This document shows positions 1 through 6,224 of a DNA stretch of 11,041 nt, piece by piece. Below the pieces are notes generated by a model that saw only the letters and a program-made list of their open reading frames with translations, was not told where the DNA came from and did not search any database. The position numbers and the translations under genes were made by a program. Source of the stretch: an uncultured Faecalibacterium sp. (GTDB lineage Bacteria; Bacillota; Clostridia; Oscillospirales; Ruminococcaceae); NCBI GenBank assembly GCA_964370455.1, contig CAYJJL010000050.1:1-11041 (forward strand), given 5' to 3'. The stretch's first letter is position 1; each line of letters opens with the position of its first letter.

Positions 1-173
1 GAGCCTTGTATGCTATCGCCTATATCAAAAATGAGTGTGTTTTCATCTTTTTCAAAATCGTTTATTACTTTTAGCACACCCATTGGTTTTTCATCGTTTG
101 TTTGGTAATCTGTTGGAAATAAAAAGCCATGTGTATCAGAGGTAAAATATATTTTTAATTTTATAATTGGCAT
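1..173 (-). CDS. Metallophosphoesterase (5'-nucleotidase / cyclic-nucleotide phosphodiesterase family), N-terminal part only; gene continues beyond the left edge
   Basis: Manual minus-strand translation from ATG at 173..171 gives MPIIKLKIYFTSDTHGFLFPTDYQTNDEKPMGVLKVINDFEKDENTLIFDIGDSIQG with no stop before position 1. It contains the D-x-H-G and G-D-x-x-Q-G motifs of calcineurin-like phosphoesterases / 5'-nucleotidases. The SD AAAGGA lies 8 nt upstream, at plus-strand 182..187. It is absent from the ORF track because it is truncated by the window edge. Confidence 0.55.
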   Translation of the reverse strand, partial: MPIIKLKIYFTSDTHGFLFPTDYQTNDEKPMGVLKVINDFEKDENTLIFDIGDSIQG

Positions 174-248
174 TTATTGTATCCTTTTTGTTTAGCTATG
201 TGCTGTTTTCGGTTTGTGTAACTGTTTAGCCAGATAAATTTATTTTGG

Positions 249-293
249 CTATAATAATTAAACCCGACCACGCCTGACAACAGGCATGTGCGG
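249..293 (-). terminator. Putative intrinsic terminator of the phn operon
   Basis: Minus-strand RNA CCGCACAUGCCUG-UUGU-CAGGCGUGGUCGG forms a GC-rich stem of 8 bp, a 2x2 internal loop, then 3 more bp (plus-strand 263..293). It is followed by GUUUAAUUAUUAU, about 11 nt downstream of the phnE stop at 304. Confidence 0.4.
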
Positions 294-303
294 ATTATTT
301 TAG

Positions 304-1113
304 TTATCCACGTGTTAATTTAAAACGCATTTTTGTTGAGAAGAACTCTACTATAAGCACAAGTATAACAAGCCCTATTAGTATAGAGCTAACTTCGCTC
401 CAGCGGTAGGCGTTCATCGCAAATATAAGCGGCGCGCCAACACCACCAGCACCTACTAAACCTAGCACAGTTGCATCACGCACGTTCATATCAAAGCGGT
501 AAATTATCTCTGAAAAGAAATCTGGCATAAGTTGTGGTAAGATACCAAAGCGAATTTTTTGAAACAATGTGCAGCCAGCTGCATCTAGTGATTCAAGAAT
601 TTTAACGTCTAAATCTTCAATAGATTCGATATAAAATTTACATACCATGCCTATGGAAGAAAACGACATTGTTAAAAGGCCAGCATATGCGCCAGGGCCT
701 GTAACACGAACAAATATTATACCGTAGATAAAAACAGGCACTGTACGTATCATCATAATAATTGTACGAAACACTATTGCAATAGGTGCAGGCACTATGT
801 TTGAGGCACTTAAAAATGCCAAAGGTATAGCGATAATTGCGCCAACTAGTGTGCCTAAAAATGCAATTGCTATTGTTTCTACCAATAAATATGGAACACC
901 TTTATCGCTAAAATCAAACAAAAATTCAAGGTCAGGGTTTGCAAGGCCTGTTAAAATGCCCTGCGCAATTGTTAAACCGTTGCTTGAAACATTATCGAAA
1001 TTAAGCGCAGTGGAAGACCAAACCAAAAGTGCAAAAAGCAAAATTGCTATTGAAGCTTGTTTTTTTACAAGATTTGGTTGTTGGTTATAGAGTTTTAAAA
1101 TACTATCTTTCAA
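304..1113 (-). CDS. phnE: Phosphonate ABC transporter permease PhnE (second copy)
   Basis: 269-aa polytopic membrane protein with the ABC permease fold, paralogous to the upstream permease. The start is TTG at 1113..1111, preceded by a perfect SD GGAGG (1123..1119) with 5-nt spacing, directly after the stop of the upstream permease. Stop is TAA. Confidence 0.85.
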   Translation of the reverse strand: MKDSILKLYNQQPNLVKKQASIAILLFALLVWSSTALNFDNVSSNGLTIAQGILTGLANPDLEFLFDFSDKGVPYLLVETIAIAFLGTLVGAIIAIPLAFLSASNIVPAPIAIVFRTIIMMIRTVPVFIYGIIFVRVTGPGAYAGLLTMSFSSIGMVCKFYIESIEDLDVKILESLDAAGCTLFQKIRFGILPQLMPDFFSEIIYRFDMNVRDATVLGLVGAGGVGAPLIFAMNAYRWSEVSSILIGLVILVLIVEFFSTKMRFKLTRG

Positions 1114-1123
1114 AGCGGCCTCC

Positions 1124-1939
1124 TTATGTTAATTTTTTGCGTATATAGTGGCTTATTGCTTCAATAATTGCCACTGAAACAAACAAAACAATTAAGATCA
1201 TGCCTACGCTTTGGTATTCTTGCCAGTCGATTTTTTCGTTAATAATCATACCTAAACCGCCAGCGCCAACAAATCCTAAGATAGATGCATAACGCACATT
1301 ACCCTCAAAGTTGAAAAGACAGTTTGAAATATAACTTGGCAAAATTTGTGGAACAATAGCGCCTATAAAAGCCTGTGTTTTAGTTGCTCCCATAGACTCC
1401 ATAGCCTCGAAAGCACCCATATCGGCTGTTTCGATTTGCTCGTAAAGTAGCTTGCCTATATATGCAAAAGTAAAGGCTGTTATTGCAGTTGTACCCGCTA
1501 GTGTACCAAGCCCAAGCACAAACGTAGCAACCAAAGCTATAACTAGCGTTGGTATTGTGCGAACTATGCTGAGCAGTAACCTAGCCGCCCACAAAATAAC
1601 AGGGTTTTTCATGATATTATTTGCAGAAATTACAGCCACTGGTATAGCGAGCAATGCGCCAATAACAGAGCCAAGCAATGACATCTGAATTGTTTCAAGC
1701 AAAGGCTCTATTATCTGCGGAAAATAAGCTAAATCCGGTGGTATCATCCTTGCGAAGTATTTATAAAATTCGTTGCCACGCTCTATTAAAATTGCAAGCT
1801 CAAAACCTGTCATTTCAATAGAAACAAATGTTGCAACAGCTAAAACAGCAATTATCAAAGGCATAGGTGAAAGCGGTTGGTTTATTGTTTTGCCGTTTGA
1901 TAAAGTGATTGTTTTGCCACTTAAAAAACGTTTTTTCAT
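1124..1939 (-). CDS. phnE: Phosphonate ABC transporter permease PhnE (first copy)
   Basis: 271-aa membrane protein. The ATG lies 1 nt after the phnC stop, suggesting translational coupling. Its hydrophobic profile and conserved cytoplasmic loop are typical of PhnE/PtxC-type permeases. Stop is TAA. Confidence 0.85.
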   Translation of the reverse strand: MKKRFLSGKTITLSNGKTINQPLSPMPLIIAVLAVATFVSIEMTGFELAILIERGNEFYKYFARMIPPDLAYFPQIIEPLLETIQMSLLGSVIGALLAIPVAVISANNIMKNPVILWAARLLLSIVRTIPTLVIALVATFVLGLGTLAGTTAITAFTFAYIGKLLYEQIETADMGAFEAMESMGATKTQAFIGAIVPQILPSYISNCLFNFEGNVRYASILGFVGAGGLGMIINEKIDWQEYQSVGMILIVLFVSVAIIEAISHYIRKKLT

Positions 1940-1940
1940 C

Positions 1941-2459
1941 TTATAATTGCCCCTCTAAAGTACCTATTTCTTTACCTTCGTAAATTTGGTCTAATACGGC
2001 TTGATTAACATCTTTGCTTTCGCCATCAAAAACAATTTTACCTGCTTTTATGCCTATAATACGGTCAGCATATTCAAGTGCTAAATCAACGTGATGTATA
2101 TTTATTATAACAGTAATATCCATCTCTTTGTTGATTTGCTTAAAATCTCCCATAACTTGTTTTGCTGTAACAGGGTCAAGCGCTGCTACAGGTTCATCGG
2201 CTAGGATAATATTTGGCTTTTGGGCAAGAGTTCTCGCAAGGGCAACACGTTGTTGTTGACCACCAGAAAGTTGGTCAACCCTAGTGTAGGCTTTTTCGAG
2301 TATGCCAACTTTATCAAGTGCCTCCAGTGCTAAAACAACATCATCTTTAGGGAAAATGCCTAGCAAGTTGCGCCAAAAAGGTAGCTCTGGTACACGAGAG
2401 TTAAGCACGTTGCGTATAACTGTTGTGCGAGTTACTAGGTTAAACGATGGGAAAATCAT
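1941..2459 (-). CDS. phnC: phnC C-terminal fragment (ABC signature, Walker B); ORF begins at an internal Met 7 codons after the TAG
   Basis: Carries LSGGQQQRVALARTL, IILADEPVAALD and the PhnC-type C-terminal extension. No convincing SD precedes ATG 2459, so independent translation is doubtful. Confidence 0.6.
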   Translation of the reverse strand: MIFPSFNLVTRTTVIRNVLNSRVPELPFWRNLLGIFPKDDVVLALEALDKVGILEKAYTRVDQLSGGQQQRVALARTLAQKPNIILADEPVAALDPVTAKQVMGDFKQINKEMDITVIINIHHVDLALEYADRIIGIKAGKIVFDGESKDVNQAVLDQIYEGKEIGTLEGQL

Positions 2460-2477
2460 ACCTATATTGCGGCTAAA

Positions 2478-2705
2478 CTAGCGCAAAGCTTGGCCTTTAA
2501 TATTGATAACCTCTGTACCATCGACAGTTAGTGAGCCCGATGTTATATCGTGCATACGGTTAATGGTACGTATTAAGGTGGATTTACCTGCGCCAGAAAG
2601 ACCTATGATGGCGACAAATTCGCCTTGCTGAATTTCTAGCGAAACATCGTCTAAACCTTTTACCCCACTTGGGTAAAGCTTGCTTACTTTGTCAAATTTA
2701 ATCAT
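2478..2705 (-). CDS. phnC: phnC N-terminal fragment (Walker A), ending at in-frame TAG
   Basis: See the pseudogene entry. Walker A GLSGAGKST is present. The track calls 2478..2783, but the RBS supports 2705 as the start. Confidence 0.6.
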   Translation of the reverse strand: MIKFDKVSKLYPSGVKGLDDVSLEIQQGEFVAIIGLSGAGKSTLIRTINRMHDITSGSLTVDGTEVINIKGQALR

Positions 2706-2758
2706 TATTAACCTCTTAATTATAACGGCGAAAAGGAGCTGTGGCACTTTGCAACTAT

Positions 2759-2850
2759 AAAAAAACACAACAAACAAAAGCACGTATGCAATAGAGTACT
2801 CGTAATGCTACTATGCATTTAGCTATAAACGCATTTGTTTGTGTGTTTTT
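2759..2850 (-). promoter_or_regulatory. Long imperfect inverted repeat (intercistronic RNA stem) between phnD and phnC
   Basis: AAAAAAACACAACAAACAAAAGC (2759..2781) pairs with GCATTTGTTTGTGTGTTTTT (2831..2850): about 18 of 20 bp with one bulge. The loop of about 50 nt contains the GAGTACTC palindrome. A second 7-bp hairpin, GCAAAAG-N11-CTTTTGC, lies at 2859..2883. Confidence 0.35.
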
Positions 2851-2902
2851 AGATAATTGCAAAAGCGCTACAGCACCTTTTGCTAAATTATATTATTTAA
2901 TT

Positions 2903-3994
2903 TTAGCCAGCAGCGTATAGCTCTCTGATTAGCTCTTGAGCTGCACGTTCTGCATCGTAATCAGCAGATGTTGCTGCTTGGTAGCCAGCGTGGTTGTATA
3001 TAGATATAACTTCTTGGCCCTCTGGTGTGTTGCCAATGTTGATGAAAGCTTGTGCAACAGCAGCAGCTAGGTCAGCATCCATTTGTTTTGAAACACTGAT
3101 TGTATCGTTGTAGATAGCAGGTGTAACGCCTATAACGTTTGTTTCATCCCAGATAGAAGCTTCACGGCCGAAATCGCTCATCCATTTATCTTCGTTGTCG
3201 CGACGAGCATCAGCGTAGATAACCATAACGTCTGTTTGGCCAGCAGCTAGGCGAGCAAATGCAGAACCGTAAGAATCAACTTGGCTTGCGTTAGCTAGGT
3301 CTGTGATGCTCATTTCGTAGTTTTCTTGTAACCATAGAGATGGGTAGATGTAACCTGCAGGAGATGTTGTTGACATAACGCTCCAGTTAGCTGAGTTGAT
3401 ATCATCCCATGTTAGTTCTTCGCCAGCGTTAACTTTATCAGCAAGTTCTTGGCCTTTTTCAGTTGGGCCCGCGATGATTAATGAACGGTAAGAAACAGCC
3501 ATTTCGTCAGAATCTGTAGTTGGTTTATTTTCGTTCCAAACAACAGGATTATCATCATCAATGCTTAAACCGCTACGTGTAGCTGTTAGGATAACATCTG
3601 CACCTTCATCATAAAGTACATATGTGCCACCAGGTATTAAACCAATGTCAATAGTGCCAGCGTCAAGGCCTTCGCCTACAACTTCGTAGTCAGTGCCAAC
3701 TGTGATTTCAACTTCGCCAACTTCGTAGCCTAAAGCTGCTAGCTCAGTTGTTAGCATTTCTTTTAGTGGCTCAGTAGCTGTAACGATTTCGTCAGGGTCG
3801 CGAGAAGGTACGAAACCTACTGTTAGTTTTTCAACAGCGATAGGTTCAGCAGCTGCATCACCCTCTGCAGTAGCAGTTGATTCGGATGTAGCAGCGCTAG
3901 AAGTTGCTTCGCTTGAAGTTGCTTCTTGCGCACAACCTGTTAGCATGCCAACAGATAAAGTTGCTGCTAATAATAATGTAGTAATCTTTTTCAT
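2903..3994 (-). CDS. phnD: Phosphonate/phosphite ABC transporter substrate-binding lipoprotein (PhnD family)
   Basis: Lipoprotein signal MKKITTLLLAATLSVGMLTGC, then a Ser/Thr/Ala/Glu-rich linker, then a PhnD/SsuA-type periplasmic binding fold (TSPAGYIYP motif region). SD GGAGGA (plus-strand 4003..4008) sits 8 nt upstream of ATG 3994. The track's ATG 4018 has no RBS. Confidence 0.8.
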   Translation of the reverse strand: MKKITTLLLAATLSVGMLTGCAQEATSSEATSSAATSESTATAEGDAAAEPIAVEKLTVGFVPSRDPDEIVTATEPLKEMLTTELAALGYEVGEVEITVGTDYEVVGEGLDAGTIDIGLIPGGTYVLYDEGADVILTATRSGLSIDDDNPVVWNENKPTTDSDEMAVSYRSLIIAGPTEKGQELADKVNAGEELTWDDINSANWSVMSTTSPAGYIYPSLWLQENYEMSITDLANASQVDSYGSAFARLAAGQTDVMVIYADARRDNEDKWMSDFGREASIWDETNVIGVTPAIYNDTISVSKQMDADLAAAVAQAFINIGNTPEGQEVISIYNHAGYQAATSADYDAERAAQELIRELYAAG

Positions 3995-4032
3995 TTTATA
4001 AATCCTCCGATTATGCATTCGAGTACGATTAC

Positions 4033-4083
4033 ATTATATTAGTATAGCTACATAAAAGCAATAGTATTTACAGATGTTTTACA
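4033..4083 (-). promoter_or_regulatory. Putative Pho-regulated promoter of the phn operon: -10 TATAAT plus two TTTACA PhoP-box-like direct repeats
   Basis: Minus-strand TATAAT sits at 4033..4038. On the plus strand, TTTACA-gatgt-TTTACA (4067..4072 and 4078..4083) has an 11-bp period, about -41 to -57 from the predicted TSS, where a conventional -35 is poor. Further TTTACA-like hexamers occur near 4196..4203. Confidence 0.4.
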
Positions 4084-4247
4084 TAACAGTGTTTTTTATG
4101 TCACATTATACATTTAAATAGTAAACTATGCATAAAAAATATATTAACTATTTAAGCTCAAATTTTATATTTTTTAAAGAAATTAATCACATGCACTTTT
4201 ACACTTTAAATTGTTAGTTTGATAAAGTGGTGAAATCCCCGTAATTT

Positions 4248-4287
4248 TTGCACAAAAATATGGCGTTAATTAGTTGCAAACAACTAA
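4248..4287 (-). terminator. Weak terminator-like element downstream of the DUF4230-like gene pair (copy A of the repeated tail motif)
   Basis: An AT-rich 7-bp hairpin (plus-strand TTAGTTG-CAAA-CAACTAA, 4270..4287) is followed on the minus strand by UUAACGCCAUAUUUUUGUGCAA. The 19-mer TTGCACAAAAATATGGCGT (4248..4266) is identical to 5729..5747. Confidence 0.3.
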
Positions 4288-4314
4288 AAAAACTAAATGC
4301 TGTAAGCTCTTTTT

Positions 4315-4986
4315 TTAAGTTTCAGCACTTGCTTGTGGGGTTGCTGCTTGCACTTCTGGCTCAATAAAAACCCAAGTTATTTCATACTCTCGCATTGTTA
4401 CTTTGCCAATATTTTCAATATAATCGCTCAAAAGAGCTTGCACTTGTGCTTCAGCATCTGTAAATAATGATTTATTTGCCCTTGCAGTTTCAAGCATTTT
4501 TTCTTGTGCCTGTGCAAAAGCGGCTGTTTGGTCTTCGGCTAAAACCTCTGCAGAATCTTTATCAATAATAAATGAATCTTCAGATAAAGTTGTTTCATCA
4601 ACTTTACTACTTAAAATTTCTGCTCTTGGCATCGTTATAGTTACATCATCACCCTCAATAGCAAATTTAATTTGCGAGGCATCAACACCTATACTTACGA
4701 TCCCACTATATTCTATCCAAAATTTTTTATCTTTTTCCCAAAGCCAAAAACCTTCTACATCTTGCTCATAATATTTCGCTACATTATTAAAATAACAATC
4801 CATAACAGCAAGCTCGCAAATATTTTCCATCTTTGTTATTTGTAGTTCTATATCTGGTACAATTTGTTCAGGCACTTCTTGTTCTTGCTCTATACCAAAA
4901 ACTTCAAGTACATTATCCGGTATTTCACAAGCAGAAAATGCAGTAACCGCTATAACTATTAACAATAAACTAAATAGCTTTTTCAT
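4315..4986 (-). CDS. Acidic lipoprotein, DUF4230-like (paralog of the upstream gene)
   Basis: 223 aa. Lipoprotein signal MKKLFSLLLIVIAVTAFSAC. The mature part is very acidic. The region IEYSGIVSIGVDASQIKFAIEGDDVTITMPRAEIL...DYIENI aligns with the upstream protein's YYEATVKAGINLENVSFDIDDEHKKITIKLPNVEIT...NYIEALI. The DUF4230 assignment is from memory of that family's architecture. Confidence 0.6.
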   Translation of the reverse strand: MKKLFSLLLIVIAVTAFSACEIPDNVLEVFGIEQEQEVPEQIVPDIELQITKMENICELAVMDCYFNNVAKYYEQDVEGFWLWEKDKKFWIEYSGIVSIGVDASQIKFAIEGDDVTITMPRAEILSSKVDETTLSEDSFIIDKDSAEVLAEDQTAAFAQAQEKMLETARANKSLFTDAEAQVQALLSDYIENIGKVTMREYEITWVFIEPEVQAATPQASAET

Positions 4987-5004
4987 ATTTATACCCCACT
5001 TTCA

Positions 5005-5625
5005 TCATAAAATTTGTAGTGTATATTCTGCATCTAATTGCTCCACAAATGGCGCAATTAATGCTTCAATATAATTTCGGGCATTTTCTTCAGCGAGCTC
5101 AAAAATTTTATCTTCTTGTGAGCTTTCTGCTTTTACATCTGCTATGCATGCTTGATAAGCTTGCTCAGAAACGGTGCCTGTATTTGCATCATCATCTTCA
5201 AAGATATAATCTAGTGTTGCTATATCTACATTAACATCTGTTATTTCTACATTCGGCAATTTTATTGTTATTTTTTTATGCTCATCATCTATATCAAAAG
5301 ATACATTTTCAAGGTTTATGCCTGCCTTAACTGTTGCCTCATAATAAACATAATAATCAATTATCGCAGGATCTTCTTTATTTTGCACGTTGGCTACGCC
5401 AATATAAATTGCTTGAAAAGTCGACAATTCACTTTTTATAATTACCTCTTCCAAAAGGCTACTGGTTATAAGTGGTTCTGGCTCTGGCGTAGGTTCTTCT
5501 GCCTTAAATGCCTGCCAGACAATAAATATTGCGGCAACTACCACAATTGTTATTAACGGTAACACAACTTTGCCAATGAAAAAACCCATTACTGGAGTGC
5601 GTTTTTTAGAATCATAATCGCTCAT
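5005..5625 (-). CDS. N-terminally membrane-anchored acidic protein, DUF4230-like
   Basis: Likely start is ATG 5625 (MSDYDSKKRTPVMGFF...) with strong SD AAAGGTGAG 7 nt upstream. The track's 5655 start lacks an RBS. A single TM helix is followed by a Pro/Glu linker and a domain homologous to the downstream lipoprotein. Stop is TGA; there is an 18-nt gap to the next gene. Confidence 0.6.
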   Translation of the reverse strand: MSDYDSKKRTPVMGFFIGKVVLPLITIVVVAAIFIVWQAFKAEEPTPEPEPLITSSLLEEVIIKSELSTFQAIYIGVANVQNKEDPAIIDYYVYYEATVKAGINLENVSFDIDDEHKKITIKLPNVEITDVNVDIATLDYIFEDDDANTGTVSEQAYQACIADVKAESSQEDKIFELAEENARNYIEALIAPFVEQLDAEYTLQIL

Positions 5626-5678
5626 TTTTCGCTCACCTTTCCTATAAAACAACAAAAATTACCAGTTTTTATGTTTTT

Positions 5679-5707
5679 ATCATAGCACATTTAGAACAAA
5701 TTGTAAA
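5679..5707 (-). promoter_or_regulatory. Putative sigmaA promoter of the DUF4230-like pair
   Basis: On the minus strand: TTTACA (5707..5702), a 17-nt spacer, then TATGAT (5684..5679). It lies about 50 nt upstream of ATG 5625 and just downstream of the osmC terminator. Confidence 0.4.
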
Positions 5708-5730
5708 GAAATTTGAATTTTTATATAATT

Positions 5731-5767
5731 GCACAAAAATATGGCGTGTGTTAGTTAAACACACGCC
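5731..5767 (-). terminator. Rho-independent terminator of the nfeD-floT-osmC transcript (copy B of the repeated tail motif)
   Basis: A perfect 10-bp stem GGCGTGTGTT / AACACACGCC (5743..5752 and 5758..5767) has a 5-nt loop. It is followed on the minus strand by AUAUUUUUGUGC and sits 46 nt after the osmC stop. Confidence 0.7.
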
Positions 5768-5813
5768 ATAAAATAGCTGTTATTTTTTTAAAACAAGTAT
5801 TCGTTACACTTAC

Positions 5814-6206
5814 TTATTTCATCTCAAAAAATTGCTTTTCGTTGCTTAAAATAGTTTTAACATAGCAGTTTTTTGATTTTTCTATATACTCTTGCTTTTT
5901 TTCATCGGAGATGTCGGCGATTATTTCAATTTTGGTATAAATTTTGCTAATGCCTTCTTCCTCGTTGTCCATATCTGCTGATATAATAACATCATCAAAT
6001 GCAACCTTATCTTGTATTAGTGCGTGTCGCAAATTAACGCTCATGCATGAAACATAACCAGCAAGCACTAACTGACTAGGGCGAAAATCCGTGCCTGTGC
6101 CACCGTTTTCCACTGGTTGGCCTGAGTAAACAGGGCGTATTTGTGAGTTTTCGGCAACTGTTAGTTCTGTTGTGTAGTTATTATCTTTTGCTCTTGAAAT
6201 TATCAT
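5814..6206 (-). CDS. OsmC/Ohr-family protein (putative peroxiredoxin-like thiol peroxidase)
   Basis: 130 aa. It has the motif G-x-G-P-x-x-LVLAGYVSC and a second Cys (KNCYV) about 60 residues later, as in OsmC/Ohr. SD GGAG is 7 nt upstream, 18 nt after the floT stop. Confidence 0.7.
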   Translation of the reverse strand: MIISRAKDNNYTTELTVAENSQIRPVYSGQPVENGGTGTDFRPSQLVLAGYVSCMSVNLRHALIQDKVAFDDVIISADMDNEEEGISKIYTKIEIIADISDEKKQEYIEKSKNCYVKTILSNEKQFFEMK

Positions 6207-6224
6207 TGCTTGCTCCTGTTAAAA

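Larger units (their letters stand above)
1941..2705 (-). pseudogene. phnC: phnC (phosphonate ABC transporter ATP-binding protein) interrupted by an in-frame amber codon
   Basis: The N-terminal piece (MIKFDKVSKLY...GLSGAGKST... Walker A) ends at TAG (2480..2478). The C-terminal piece (LSGGQQQRV signature, ILADEP Walker B, H-loop) continues in the SAME frame; I checked this codon by codon: ...QALR-TAG-FSRNIGMIFPSFNLV. An intact protein would be about 254 aa, matching PhnC. The likely true start is ATG 2705 with SD AAGAGG 6 nt upstream. The track's 2783 start has no RBS and runs through intergenic hairpins. Confidence 0.75.

Noticed and set aside
2478-2480. Genome-wide TAG reassignment (amber read as an amino acid) as the explanation for the phnC interruption
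   Set aside because: No other gene in the window has an in-frame TAG, and all ORFs are full-length with TAA or TGA stops. A single nonsense mutation or a sequencing error is more parsimonious. It cannot be fully excluded without the rest of the genome.
2859-2883. The GCAAAAG-N11-CTTTTGC hairpin as a terminator of phnD
   Set aside because: On the transcribed (minus) strand it is followed by an A-rich rather than U-rich tract, and phnC must be expressed from the same transcript. It is better treated as part of the intercistronic structure. On the plus strand it is followed by AT-rich sequence, but there is no plus-strand gene.
4018-4018. Upstream in-frame ATGs used by the ORF track as starts (4018 for phnD, 5655 for the DUF4230-like gene, 2783 for phnC, 8362 for nfeD)
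   Set aside because: None has a Shine-Dalgarno sequence. In each case an internal ATG a few codons downstream has a strong SD at correct spacing (3994, 5625, 2705 and 8341 respectively).
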